Source: Lama guanicoe
Taxonomy: Eukaryota
Assembly: GCA_013239625.1 (NCBI GenBank)
Contig: MU054117.1
Location: forward strand, 3,586,677 to 3,650,676
Direction of reading: 5' to 3'
DNA length: 64,000 bases
The notes beneath the pieces were generated by a model. The model saw only the letters and a list, made by a program, of their open reading frames with translations. It ran no database searches and was not told the DNA's origin. The translations under genes and the position numbers were made by a program. Every line of letters starts with the position of its first letter. Within the stretch, counting starts at the first letter, position 1. Of the stretch, positions 26,592 through 39,100 are shown piece after piece.

Positions 26592-26666
26592 TGGAGACAC
26601 TGGGGGTTGAACCCAGGATCTTGTGCGTGCTGAGCACGCACTCTACTGCTGAGCTATACCCTCCCG
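26551..26666 (-). mobile_element. tRNA-derived SINE, Vic-1-like, with (TAAA)10 tail
   Basis: Minus strand: gggagggtatagctcagcagtagag..ctgggttcaacccccagtgtctccattaaataaa. TSD-like taaaatatatattt (26540) / taaaacacatattt (26668). Confidence 0.88.
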
Positions 26667-27444
26667 CTAAAACACATATTTTAGAAATCACAGTATTTTT
26701 TAGAAATCACCAGCTCTGTGTGAGCTCTGAATACTCTGCTTGGGGAGGGTGGCTGATAACTTGATGGGCCTTAAATGCTATCTTGTGTAATTTGCATTTT
26801 GTTGCTGACTCTGTAAGGTGGGCGTTACATGTCCACATGCTCTTACAGACAAAGGGTGAACCCTGAGCCTTGAGAGTGCCCCTCAGGCCCCCTGCAGGTG
26901 TCTGGAGCGGAAAGCAGCCCTCACCTGGCTGCACGCTGCCTTGCCACGTCTCTGGGAAGGCACAGGGTTTGGTGACATGCCCAGAGGGGCAGAAACTTTT
27001 ACCAAGCTCAAGTTTCCAAGGAGTGCCAAATTCCACTTACTCCCAGAAATGGCAGATTGGTTGGGAAAGAGCTGTTGAGCCTCCCTCCGAACACAGTGAC
27101 AAGAGTAGCGAGTGTAGATGTGCGATTAAGATGTTCACGTGTAGACATGAGATTGGGACGGTCGGTGGTTCACACAGGGTCCAGCAAGAGGCAGGGTCAT
27201 CCAGATCCTGGTCCCAGTCTCCCCTGCCCATGTGACATGGCCCAAGCTCTGGGGGGTGCATGATTTGAAAAGTCTAGTCACCCTGTGAGGCTCCCGAGGA
27301 AACCCAGCAGGTCCTGCCTCTCCCCTCGCTGTGAGTCTGAGGCCTCGGGGCAATGGCTTTCGACTATTTTAATGGTTTATTTCTGGTACTTTATTTTGCC
27401 TTCCTTGGTCAATGCTTACTTTGCTACTCCTTGATTTCTTTTTC

Positions 27445-27995
27445 CATTTAACAAATATTTATAAGGCTCCTAATGTGCGCTGGTCACCGAGCACAGGAAT
27501 ATTAGGGAGCAAATCATGGGTACACGCCGTGACCACAATTCCCTCACAGAGTGCTCAGAGAATAAGCGAGCATTTAAATAAAATGTCACTGTAAGTGTCT
27601 TGTTACATAGAGGCAGTACTCTGTAGAGAGATGGCCATTAATAACATGGAGAAGGATGAGCGTGGGGTGACGTGGGCCATGTTGGGGAAGAAATGCAGCG
27701 TTAAGTAAGGGGGTGGGGCAAGGGGATGACTGGGCATGTGAGCAATGCCCTTAAGGGTGGGAGGGAGAACCTGGTGGATGTGTGGGGACAGGGCATTCCA
27801 AACCAAGGGAACAGCAAGTGCAAAGGCCCTGAGGTGGAAGGACATAGGTGTAACTGAGGAACAGCACAGCTGCTGGAGCAAAGAGTGGGAGTGGCGGTGA
27901 TGGGGGTGAGACGGCATCGCTAGGTGGGGGAACACGACGTGGAGGACCCCATGCGCTGTTCTGAGGACACCGACTTCTGCTCTGAGTGATGGGAC
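27445..27995 (-). mobile_element. L2 LINE 3' portion
   Basis: catttaacaaatatttat (L2 tail); gcattccaaaccaagggaacagcaagtgcaaaggccctgagg. Confidence 0.8.
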
Positions 27996-28365
27996 AGCAC
28001 TTCTTGTCTTTACAGGAACCCGTATGTTCACTTCCTTTGCCTCCAACATAATTTTTTGGTTAATTTTTGTTAAATTATCATCACTATCAAATATTATTTT
28101 CTGCATTGCCAAGTGGTATACAATGGTAATGTTCATGTACCTTCTTGTAAACGTTTGGTTAATAACAGCTCATTTGCTTCACCTGCTTAATTGTCCACAT
28201 CCTATTGACAGCTCGTTCCTACGCGTCAATGTCTGTGGACGTTTTCACTTGGGATTTTTTTGGTTTCTCTGGGACAGAACTCTCCAATTTGCCTGCCTGG
28301 TACTATCCTGGGAGCAGAGCAGGGGAGCTGTCAGACTCTCCCCCATGACTCACTCAGCAAGCAGA

Positions 28366-29001
28366 CACAACAGAGTGATTCAGTCATATATATATATAAT
28401 ATTATATACATATGTTCTTTTTCAGATTCTTTTCCATCATGTGTTATTATATGGTATTGAGTACAGTTCCCTGTGCTGTACAGTAGGACCTTGCGGTTCA
28501 TCTATTTTATATATAATATATTATTATATTATATTTATATATATATATTATATTATTATATATTATATATATATATATTATATTATTATTATAGAACCCT
28601 GGGGGGCTGTGGGAGGTAGTATCTATCCACCAACCCCAAACTCCTAATTCGTCCCTCCCTGCTTTCCCCTTTGGTAACCACAATTTGTTTTCTATGTTTG
28701 TTTTTATTTTGTTTTATTTTGTAAATAAGTTCATTTGTATCATTTTTTCTTTTAGACTCCACATACGAGTGATATCACAGGATATTTGTCTTGCTCTGTC
28801 TGACTTACTTCACTTAGTATGATCGTCTCTAGGTCCATCCATGTTGCTGCAAATGGCATTCATGGCTGAGTAATATTCCATAGTATATGTATCTTCTTTA
28901 TCCAGTCATCTGTCGATGGACACTTAGGTTGCTTCCATGTCTTGGCTGCTGTAAATGGTGCTGCTATGAACACGTAAGAGTGCATGTATCTTTTCAAATT
29001 A
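28366..29001 (-). mobile_element. L1 3' end (ORF2 C-terminus + 3' UTR)
   Basis: gttccctgtgctgtacagtaggacc..ttggtaaccac..tgacttacttcacttagtatgat..ccatccatgttgctgcaaatggc..gatggacacttaggttgcttccatgtcttggct. Confidence 0.9.
28505..28593. repeat. Pure A/T low-complexity tract, (TA/TTA)n
   Basis: About 90 nt containing only A and T. Confidence 0.9.
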
Positions 29002-31311
29002 GGTAAAACTCCCCTTTTGACCGAGTGACAGGGAGGTGTTTGGCTTTGTGGGGCGGGGAGGAGGCCTGGAGGAGCGCGTCTGACGTGACCTGGCCTGCTC
29101 TGGAGGGGCTTGTGGGAGTTACAGAGACATGCATGGACGTCACATCTGCGGGATGAGCAGGGCCCTGGCTTTCTCGGCCCAGGGCACAGTGGAGGCAGAC
29201 GTCAAACAGGGAACTTTGGGCCCTAAATCTCATATACTTTCCAACAGAAAACAGCAACGTATAATTTCATGTGGGATGGTCTGTAAGGGCAGCAGGAATC
29301 AGGGGAGAGAGAGGCCAATGGTGTTGGGGTGGCCGGGGGGCTCACGAGGCACTGGCGGTCGGCTGGGCCTGGGGGGCTGTGGGAGGCAGAGGCAGGAATG
29401 CTCTGGTGGGGGGTAAGGGGGGAGCCGGGCAGTGGCAAGAATCTTCCATGGAGGGAGGGAGGTCACGCCTGATGGATGGTCAAGCCAGGGCCTGGGACCC
29501 AGCTGGATGGTACGGGCGTCAGAGATGGGAGCCCAGCCGGTAAACTGAAGCTTCACTTTCCTGGCTCTGGAAACTGAGTGGACTTGATTCTTGGGGACTA
29601 AGGGGCCATTAAAGGTGGAGTCTTACTGACCACAGTGGTCAAAGCAACTTCTGCAGGAGCCGCTTTGGGGGCCCAGCAGTTGCTGGTGGGTCTCAGGGAT
29701 CCTGCTGGGCCCGCGAAGTGGGAGGGGCGGTTTGGGTAAACCAGGAGGCCCAGGGGTGGGGCCGGGTCAGGGGCCACCAAGCAGACGCCAGAGACACCGG
29801 GAAAGAGGCCGAGGTCCTTCCCAGGGTTCTCAAGGCCGCTCCGTGTGCAGCTCAGCCCCCATCACTAACTCACCTCCTTTCCCTCTGATTCATCCATGGC
29901 AGGGAAGAGGCTGGCCCGGAGGACCAAGCCAGGAGACCTGTACCTCCATTTCTGATGGTGGCTGGACGGAGAGGGCCCCGACCCTCAACTCCTCCAGAAG
30001 ACGAGACCCCTCCTTGGGCGATCTGGCCTGACACCTCCCCTCTGGTGGCCTCCCACAAGACACGACCAGACTGGAAAACCTGAGACTGGACCCACTGGCA
30101 TTTAAAGATGGGGCCCAGGATGTAGGGGTGAGGCTGAGGCAGGGCAATGAAAGCAGGTGCTGGGACAAAAGAGACCAGGTGTGGAGAGGCCAGGGGTCGA
30201 GGGATGCGGGAAAGTGCATGGCTGTGCCGGGGGCTGAACCCGGGAAAGGGCAGCCGTGGAGGACTAACAAAGAAACCCATGCGAAGTCTCGGAGGCCGCG
30301 TGTTTCCCTGCATGAAAACAACAGCTAACTTAAGCAGACACGTCAAGTAGTCGTGACAAAGGCAGGCAGGTATCCAGGATGCCAGAGCACCTGGCCAGCG
30401 TCCCCGGTGCCACCCAGCTCATCAGAAAAGGTGCTGAATACCTCTGCGGTGACCCTACCTTGGACAGGGGACGTTCTCCAAGGAGGCAAGATGTGTTGCG
30501 CACAGTCAAGGAGTGAGTGGTCTGCCTCTTATGTAGACCTGCCCGTAGGCAGGTGTCTAGACCAGATGATGGTGGCTCCCCAGGGCCCAGGCGATGCCGT
30601 GGGCAGGGTCTCCCAGGACAGCGGCGGCTTCTTTCTAGTGTGTAAGCCACCCCGCTCCCGGCCTGTCCCCAGGGGAAGGAGCGAGGCTCCTCTTCTGGGA
30701 AGCCCCTCCTCCTTGCCCCCTCCCCCTCCCTCCTCCTGCATCTCTCCAGGGGTCTCTGGAGGGGACGTCCCCACAGGCAGCCCCTCATCCAAGTCTCTTT
30801 TCCTCTCGGTGACAGGACACACAAGGCTGATTTTCTTGTCTAAAATTTACTTCCCTAAGTAAGTGTTGTTGCTGTTGCCATCTGCTCGGACGCCCAGACC
30901 CTCCGAGATGTGTTCCAAGGGCCGGACGGGGCTGCGTCACTAAACTGCAGAAGCCCCAGCAGCAGCAGGGACCATTGTCTCAGCCACGTGCCCACCCGAC
31001 GTCTAGCAAAGCATCGGACACGGGCCTGTCACTCTCAGAGTGTCCGGTGAATGAGTGAGTGACAGCGTGGGTGAGTGAAGGGTTGGCTTTGGTGAGGACA
31101 CACTGTTAACACATGTACACACGAATTATCAAACTCACACGTGGCTCCCTACAAGGGAGGGTGGTTGCCCAGCAGCCCCGCGTCTCACAGACACACATGC
31201 ACACACACACACCTGTCTCTCCCTGGCTTCTCGTCGTAACCAAGGAGGCCCCATAACTCTAGCAGCTCCTGTGATGGTCTGTCCCAAGCTGTGTCTGTGA
31301 TTTGTCTGTTC

Positions 31312-31832
31312 CTTTATTCAACAAGTGTTCATTGAGTGCCTGCTATGGGCCGGGACAAAAAATAAAACCAAAAACCCGTGCTCTTGTGAAGTTAGGTTCT
31401 GCTGGGGGGAGGCAGGCAACAGAAAGAATACATGATGAAAATATACTGTATGCTCAATGAGTATAAATTCAACAGAGAAACATCAAGAAAGAGGGCCATG
31501 AAATATGGCAGGGGTGGTGAGGGGTGTGGAGACCAGATTAAAGTAGGGATACAGGGGACGACCGACCAAAAGGTAACATTTGAGTGATGAGCAGAGAGCG
31601 TCAAGGAGTGAGAGAAATGTTCTAGGTGGAGGGACAGCGAGTGCAAAGGCCCTGGGGTCGGAGCCTTGTTGGCATGTTCTTGGAGCAGCAAGGAGGCCAG
31701 TGTGGCTGGAGGGCAGTGAGTGAGCAGGACGTGAGGCGGAAGGTGGGGTGGGGCCGGGCGGGGGACCTTAGAGGCACTGGAAAGACTTTGCTTGTGCTTC
31801 TGGAGAAGGAAGAAACAGCAGTGGGAGGCTGA
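31312..31832 (-). mobile_element. L2 LINE 3' portion
   Basis: ttattcaacaagtgttcattgagtgcctgctatg; gagggacagcgagtgcaaaggccctgggg..gcaaggaggccagtgtggctggag. Confidence 0.85.
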
Positions 31833-32329
31833 GAACACCCCAGTCCCAGCTCCTGGAGGAACAGCGGGAGTCCTGATGTCTCGGCCGCCCTCAGACTGTC
31901 CCTGCTCTCTGCCGTCGGTCTGCCTTTGGGAAGTGCTGTTCTGGACGGGGAGACTCTTGTCTTTATTTTGAGCTGAGGTGGCAGAGAGCTGGCTTACCAG
32001 GCCACCGGAGGGTGCCGGAGGCTGGTGCAGGAGGGCTCTGCTCTCTGAGCTCAGCGGCACTGACTGACGGCGGGGAGCCCACTGCCTGACACTGCAGGAT
32101 GGAAGCAGCGTTGGGCTGAGAGTCTGGAGACCGGGACCCAGTCCCGGCCCTGCCACCAAACTCCTGTGCGCACGTGGAGACGCCGCACGTCTTGTTTCTG
32201 AGCCTCCTTTTTGACTGAGAAACGCAGCTTGGGGCGGGATGATCTCATCCCCTGCATGATTCTGCAATTTTCAGCTCCATCACTGGGATAACTGAGGGCA
32301 AACAGACTTCCAGGTACAGGGCGGAAGAC

Positions 32330-33150
32330 GAGAGCCTTGTCCTTTCGCCGCGGGAGGTCCGTGCTGACTCAGCCCTCGTTGCGCACCTGCACCCGCGGGC
32401 CGGCAGTGCAGTCACCGGGTGACTCGGGCTGCTGTCACTCTGGCATCTGCGCAGGAGCGGCTCGTTGGTGGCTCACCTGCGACACAGGTTGTCGTGGTGA
32501 TTAAATGAGTTCCTACGCACGTGGAGCCTGGCTGGGGTCCGCATGTGGTGTTAACCGGCGGCCCCGCCGTGCGTGTGCTGGGCTGCGCCGCGCGGGCCTC
32601 CGTTCCTGCGTGGAATCCCTCAGGCGTGTTTTCTCAGGGCTCCGAGCACAAGCCCACGGCCCCGGGGCCTGGAATCCTGGGCCGTGGGGACCACAAAGGA
32701 GCGGCCTTCCTCTCTCAGCTCAACCTCAGGGCCCGCGGCCGGCCAGGTGGCGTGGCAGGGCCGGGGAGGTGAGGCAGGGGCGCGCCCTCCGCCGAGCGCT
32801 TGGTGACTGGCAGGCCCCCTCCCGGGGCAGGAGGGCCCGGGCGATGCTGAGAGTCACCACGTTTCCGAGCAGCTCAGGGGTGGGAGGCCAGTGGGTTGCC
32901 CTGCACGCTGCCTGCTCCCCGCTAACATGCGGAGGGAAGTTAGCCTGAGCGCAAAGAGGGCTCGTCCACGGTGGGCTGTGAGCGGCTGGAGGAGATGCCC
33001 TGGGTTCGGGGGAGGTCGGCGCTCCGGGCCCTCTGGCTCGTTGCTGATTCTAGTCCCTGCAGCCACGGCCTCTCGTGCTGGAGGTGACAAAACCAAAACA
33101 GAACAAAACGACTTTCTCCAAAAACCGTGCCTATTAGTCGAGACGACGTA
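32330..33150. promoter_or_regulatory. Orphan CpG-rich island, candidate enhancer/promoter
   Basis: Dense CpG (cgccgcgg, cgccgcgcgggcc, ccgcggccggcc) outside any gene; AP-1 TGACTCA at 32365-32371. Confidence 0.5.
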
Positions 33151-34764
33151 GGTGTGAGAATCTGGGCCACACCCATCAGCCTCCTCCCGTGGAGGCTCTG
33201 AGCCACCTGCCATTGCAGACATCTCCACTAGAGGTAGCGACCACCGCTCCTGTTTCTCCCACAGGTGGGAGGGGAAACCCCGGGGCTGCCAGGGAGCCCA
33301 GCCGCCTCCTGGGTGGAAGCTGCTCTCTGTCATTCCGCTGGGTCCCTGCATGTCCAGCCCAGTGTGCTGTGTGAGTCTGTTCAGGGCTAAGAGTCTGCAC
33401 CCCTTCCCCTGGGGCTGCCAGGGGTCTCTATCCAGCAGTCCTGATGTAGTTGGACATTCAGTGAAGTGGAGGATGACTGGCCCTTTGTCCACCAGCACAG
33501 GAGCACAAGCAGGTGCTGCCCAGAGGTCCAGGGCAGACCTGGGGGGAAGTCGAGGCTTCAGAGGTTCCTGGATCCCTGACCTGGGAGGTCCAGCGGGCAA
33601 CTCGTGCAGCCCCTGCCTGTGGGGTATCCCCGACCTCTTGGAAGACGCAACAGAGGAGAGGGGAGCAGCGGGAAGCCGCCCTGGGAACTGCACTCAGAGG
33701 CCTGACATCCCGGGGACTTGTGCCCAAGCTGCTGTCAGTGGTGGGGTTATCCACAGGGGTCAGGGGATGACGTGGCCGAGAAATCAGGTGTCTTTTGGAA
33801 AAGTGATTCCCCAGTTCAAATACCACTCTGTCACAGAGCTTTTCTGGAATCCCACCAGTCTGGCTAGGGGTCAGGCGGAATTATCCTGACCTCCTACCTG
33901 CTGTCGGGCCTGGGGCTCGGGTGGGACAGATGGGTAAGTGAGCTTGCGCATAACCTTTCATCCTCCAGGACAAGCCTCCTCCTCCCGGCCTCGGGCTCCT
34001 GTGCTGTCAAGCCGGGAGTTCATATTCCGATGATCTCCAAGGAACAGGAACAGGAGCAGGAGCAGTGGGGTGTTCAGTCTGCCCCGCTGCATGTGTGGCT
34101 CCTTTGTCACCGGCGCCCTGCTTTCTGCAGTGTGAAGCGTGTTAAGTCCTCTCCCTTCCCCACACAAGCACCGTTCGGTAGCACCCGTGAAAATGCCGTT
34201 AGACTGCCCTCTCAGAACCGGCCAGCGTGTCAGCGTGGTGCTGGGCCCCTGTGCTGAAGGGCCAGCAGCAATCGATGCCTTTCGCAGCAGCAGGCGGGAC
34301 AAGCTCGAAGTCGGGGCTAAGGTTTACGCTTTCTGTGTCAGGAGCCGCTCGCCTGCTGCCTGGTTTCTTTCTCGGTCCTGCTTACTCCTGACGGGCTGGG
34401 GCCAGCTCATCAGCGCTCTGTGACATCGCCTCACATGCTGGTGACAGAGTCCTCATCACCCTTGGTTTCCAAGCACTGCTGAGTCCCTCAGAGATGCCTC
34501 AGTGACCAAGACTTCATTGCAAACTGGGTTCGGAGGGAAAAGGAAGTGGGCGGCCGTGGGAGGGGACGGCCGGGTTTCCTCAGAGAGGAGGACGAGGAAT
34601 TCCTGCCGGTCAACACGCTGTTCTAGTCAGTACATTACTGGCGAGGGTAGGGGAGGAGTGTCTTCAGGTTTCTTTCTTTCAGTGCCTTGATGGTCGAGAA
34701 GGGCTCTGCACCTTAATGGGAGCAGCCTCCGGGAGCATGCGTGGTCCAGGCCAGGACTCCACAC

Positions 34765-34915
34765 TCTTCATCTGGAGACCTTGTTAAAATGCAGATTCCT
34801 GCGCTCCACCCCCTGGCGTCGCTAATTCAGTAGGGCTGAGAAAGGACCTGAGAATGTACATTTCTATCAAGCGCCAGGTAAAAGCGGCTGCAGGTCAGCA
34901 AGCCAGTGGCACTGC
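34765..34915. mobile_element. MER5-type hAT-Charlie MITE
   Basis: catctggagaccttgttaaaatgcagattcctgcgctccaccc..attcagtagggctg..cctgagaatgtacatttcta. Confidence 0.75.
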
Positions 34916-37900
34916 CCTGGGATGCAGTGACGCGCCACGTACACCCAGGGCAGCCAGCCCTGCGCCGGGGCGCACTGGGACTGTCAAGCCAGGGGGAACA
35001 GTCACTGCAGTGGCCGCGTGCAAGCTAAATCTCCAAGGGAACAGGACCGTCCCCTCTCCCACTGTTACTAACGATCTGCGGTTGTACCTGGACTCTTGGC
35101 TAATTCCCACGTCTGTGGGAACATCCCAGGGCGGTGCGCTGCGCTTCTGGCCACTAGGGGGGGCCGGGACGATTTCCTCCCAGGCCTGAGGGGCTGAGAA
35201 GAGGAAAATTACTGGGGAGACTTGAGCAGAGCCTTTCAGAAAACGCTGCAGCCCTCCGTGCACACACGCACACCATCCAGACCCAGGGCTTGGCGGGGAG
35301 GGGACACTGTTGGCTTTTCAAGTTCTTTGATTTTCCTCCCGTTGTTCTGAAGTGCATTCTCGTCAACCCCATTGTGCAGAAGGTAAATGTGGCCCGAGAT
35401 GAAGCGAAGCTCACTCTGCCTTTGCTGCAGACGGAGCAGGAGGCGAGAGAGAGCTTGTGCAAGGTGACCTGCGGAGTGCTGGCCAGCCCCAAGGTCTCTG
35501 CCAACCCCCAATGTCATGATGCCAATCGGGCTGTGCTCCCGGGGGGTGGGACGGCGAAGAAGTTCTTTAGGGAGAAAAAGAGTGAGTTAGGTGGTTCTTG
35601 GGCTGAGAAGGCAAAATGACCGAGAAGTATTTTAGCTGCCCTGCACTTGCAAAGACGTGTGGTCCGGGAGCTGTTGTGTGTCCCTCTTTGTGCCCCAGGA
35701 GCCGATCTCACCTGGGCTTGTCCATCTGAGCACCACAGCAGGCAGCAAAGCCGACACAGTGCGCGGGAACTCACCAGCACCCCCTCCTTCCCCTGCATCC
35801 CCCGCATCCCTGAGCATCCCTGTCTCTTCCTTCCTCTCTGAGCCACTTCTCTCCACAGACGGCATGAGCTCTGGAAATAGCCCAGCTCCACAGATTCTTT
35901 GGAAAGGATTTGCATTTCACCCACCAAGACGCCCCTTTTTCTCTTTCTTGGCATGAAAACACCTAGTAGTTTTGGAGAAAAGATACGGGTCCAGGTAACA
36001 GTGGGACACGGGGGAGTCTTAGTGGGCTGGATGTATATTTCTAGCCCTAATTCATTTGCTGTGTCTGCGTGTGTGAGTGCGCCCTTGCTGTGCATGTGGG
36101 GGCGGAGCCTCTACAGGGAGTTACGGTAACACAACTTCAGTTGTGACAGATCAGTTTAGGGGTGTGGTGCGTATTTCCTGGATGCACCCAAACCTCTCCT
36201 ACGGGGCCCCCCTCTCCCTCGGTGGTGTTCTGCTTAGCTTCCTTTATTCTCCCATCCCTGTGACCAGCACATGCAGGTCACTTGTTCAGATGGGGCCCCT
36301 GTTACAACTAAACGGGCGGTGGGGGGGGCAGCAAACTTTCTCCTCGGGCTGCAGCCTGAGATTGTCTCCAGGTCACTGATAGTTCTTTCGCACGAGCGGA
36401 TGAGTAGACGCCTTCTTTTACAGACAGAAACAGGATAGGGTGTGTGCGCGTGTGTTTGGACCACAAACTCCCCCCTCAGACGCACCCCTCACAGCATCTT
36501 TCGTGAGCAGAGCCGCATCCCCACACTCCTCTCCTTCTTAGACAGCTCCCTTTACTGCCAGTGGCCCAGCGCGTCTTAAACAAAAGATCGTGGGGTTCCC
36601 CTTCCCCTGCATTGATGTCCTGGATATAAATCCTGACCTTCCTGGTGACGGTTTCCCAAAGGGCTTCTTTGTCCCTTGTTGACTGCAAAGGCAGCGGCTT
36701 CTTCAAGACAGAGCATCTGCATTACCCCCTCTCATAGCTGTTTGGATGGCAGGGACTGTCAGCATCAGAGCCTAGCCTGACCTACAACTGCCCCTGAACT
36801 CGCATCTCTGGGGACACTGCAGAGCCTGCCCCCATGTCCCCTCTGCCACCTGCCTGGCTCCATGGCCAGCTCCAGCCTCTGCAGCTCCTTGCTGCAGCCT
36901 CCAGCATGCCTGGCTCCTGGGACCAGAAGGGGTCCGATGGCCCACAGGCAGGGAGCAGAGAGCAGCATTCGCTGTGGACTGAGATTCTGATCCCTGTCCT
37001 CAAGGGACCCCTTCCCCCTCCGCTGCCTCTCAGCTGTCCCCCGAGCTGGAACTGACCCAGAACATCAGAGGCAGGAAAGTCACTGCTTCAGTTGAATTTT
37101 GCTGCAGTTTCCTTTTTTTTCCCTTCCCTAGATGCTGAGAGCTATTTTTAGCTACAGAGTTTTTTTGCAGGGGATCCACAGTTTATTTTTAAAGCCCTGA
37201 CGGAGGCCGAACCATCCAGTGTCCCCCAAAGGGACTTTGGGTTAGGTGGGAGAGGACAGCGCAGTGGGGGAAGATGAGAGGGTGGTCCTGAGAGGCCTCG
37301 GGGGGGCTGGCAGAGGCTGGACTGCAAGCAGGGGAGCCCACACAGGCCACCCTGGTCCTCCCTCCGGTCGCCTAGCTTCGGGGCCCGGGAAGCCGGCTTG
37401 CATCCCCGCAGCTGTGATGACATTGATTCAAATGTGGCCTTTGGTTTAGTTTCCCGTGTTTCCTCCCCTTTGCCCGAGTTTTGCATCTCTCCCCGCTTCC
37501 CCTCCCATGGCCCCACCTTGTAGAGGTGAGATGGGTTGTGGAAGGTTCTGGACAATGGGTTTGGCAGGAGGCTGGCCTGGGTGAGGAGAGGGGCCGGAGG
37601 TGCCACAGACGGTGGCCGGGGGTGGAGAAGGCAGCCCGGCAGGGACCCAGTGGCCCAAGGGAGGAAGAGAAGAAGGGTGACCTGGGGACTCGGGGCAGGG
37701 CTGCTTCTAAGAAAACTCAGGTTCTGTTCAGAGCAGCCTGGACAGAGGCATCCGTGGGGCGGAGGTGCTGTGGCATCCGGCAGACCCTGCCTTCCCATTC
37801 CTGCTTCTGGTACTCAGCCTTTCACACCGAGGCTCGCGGGACTGGATGGAGCAGGTGGGGAGAGGAGCCGGGATGGAAAATTCCAGACAGGGCTAGCGAA

Positions 37901-38278
37901 GACGCTCCCACTGAACCAAAGCCTCCTCATCCCGGTCCTCACATGGGGAGGACGGAGGGCGGCCTCACAGAGTGCCCGAGCCTCCCATGCCCCTCCTTTC
38001 TCACTCCTCATGCATCTGAGTCCACAGGGCTGCCCTGGACACAACCGGGGTGCGTGGTGTCCCCAGCCCGTCCCTCACCCCTGCCCCCCTCCCCATCTCC
38101 GGCTGCACCAGGAGGTGATGGGGGAGGGAGGTGATGGGGGAGGGCGCTGGGAAGGAGGGAGCCTTTCATTCCACCTCGTGAGGAGACGATTGCAGGCCTG
38201 CCGGCCAAGCGCAGGCTGGGCTGCTGTGGGCCCCCGGGGACGGGCAGGCTCCGGGTGGGGCTGCTCTCCGTGGGCCCT

Positions 38279-38299
38279 GTCAGCACCATGGACAGTCCG
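38279..38299 (+). promoter_or_regulatory. RE1/NRSE (REST binding site)
   Basis: GTCAGCACCATGGACAGTCCG: both half-sites TCAGCACC and GGACAG are perfect, with the canonical 2-nt spacer. Confidence 0.75.
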
Positions 38300-38499
38300 G
38301 GTCTGCCTGGCCTCCCGCCTCCCTCGGCAGGAGGGGAGGGCGCTGAGCTCTGAGTGCCCCCAGAGACACCCCCACGCTTGGTAGCCTTCCCACCATGACC
38401 TGCCTGGGGGTCAGGCCAGGGTCCCCGTGCCCTCCTGCTGTTACGTCAGACTCCACCTGAGCCCCGGGACCCCTCTTTCAGGACCCTCATCTCCATCAC

Positions 38500-38760
38500 T
38501 CTGACTCCATTAGTGGGGCTTCCCTGCCCCTCCATTTAAAATTGCCATCCCCCTCCTCCAGGCACCCTTGGTCCCCTCCTTGCTGAAATTTTAGTTTCTC
38601 ACCATCTGACATACGTATCTTACCATCCTGTTTATTATCTGCCTCCTAAATTCCTTTAGGACAGAGATTTCCTTTCTTCTGTTCACAACAGGTCCCTCGG
38701 TGCCTAGACTAGTACTGGCATATTTTAAGCACTGAATATATATTTGTCGAATACATTAAT
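38500..38760 (+). mobile_element. L2 LINE 3' end
   Basis: ggacagagatttcct..tctgttcac..gtgcctagactagtactggcata..gcactgaatatatatttgtcgaata. Confidence 0.7.
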
Positions 38761-38984
38761 TTAAAAAAAAGCAAAACGTGCCATGATAGGCCTCCCTGGG
38801 GAGGCTTCCTTCTGGCCTTTCCCTCTGACCTCCCAGCAGACCATTCAGGGTGGAGACATGGCCAAAAGAGGGACACCTCCCCTTCCAACACACACACGGA
38901 GGAGATCAGTTTCAGCCCCAGAACAGCAAGCAATTCGGAACCTCAGCAGTAAGGGGCTGAAGAGGGCATCAGGCCTAAGGCCCA

Positions 38985-39100
38985 CATGTGTGCAGAGGAG
39001 GGAACTGAAGCCCAGAGAGGTGCAGTAACCTGCCCAGAGTCACACAGCCCTTGAGTAACAGAGAGTAGGACCTAGATTTCCAGCTCCTGGGTTAGAATTT
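38985..39100 (-). mobile_element. MIR SINE
   Basis: cagaggagggaactgaagcccagagaggtgcagtaacctgcccagagtcacacagc. Confidence 0.75.

Noticed and set aside
27603..28647. 177-aa and 207-aa ORFs
   Set aside because: They translate L2, L1 and the AT tract.
31392..33889. ORFs of 291, 279 and 179 aa
   Set aside because: Partly L2-derived or GC-rich chance ORFs with no recognisable homology.
35148..35166. CTCF-like TGGCCACTAGGGGGGGCCG (similar site on minus near 30035)
   Set aside because: Lacks the conserved C of the GGC core; too uncertain in GC-rich DNA without ChIP data.
35290..35619. 109-aa ORF with fairly protein-like composition
   Set aside because: Non-ATG start, no family recognised and no supported exon structure; a tblastn or PhyloCSF check would settle it.
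37148..38384. Overlapping ORFs of 216-282 aa
   Set aside because: GC-rich sequence open in several frames with G/P/R-rich peptides; no coding signature.
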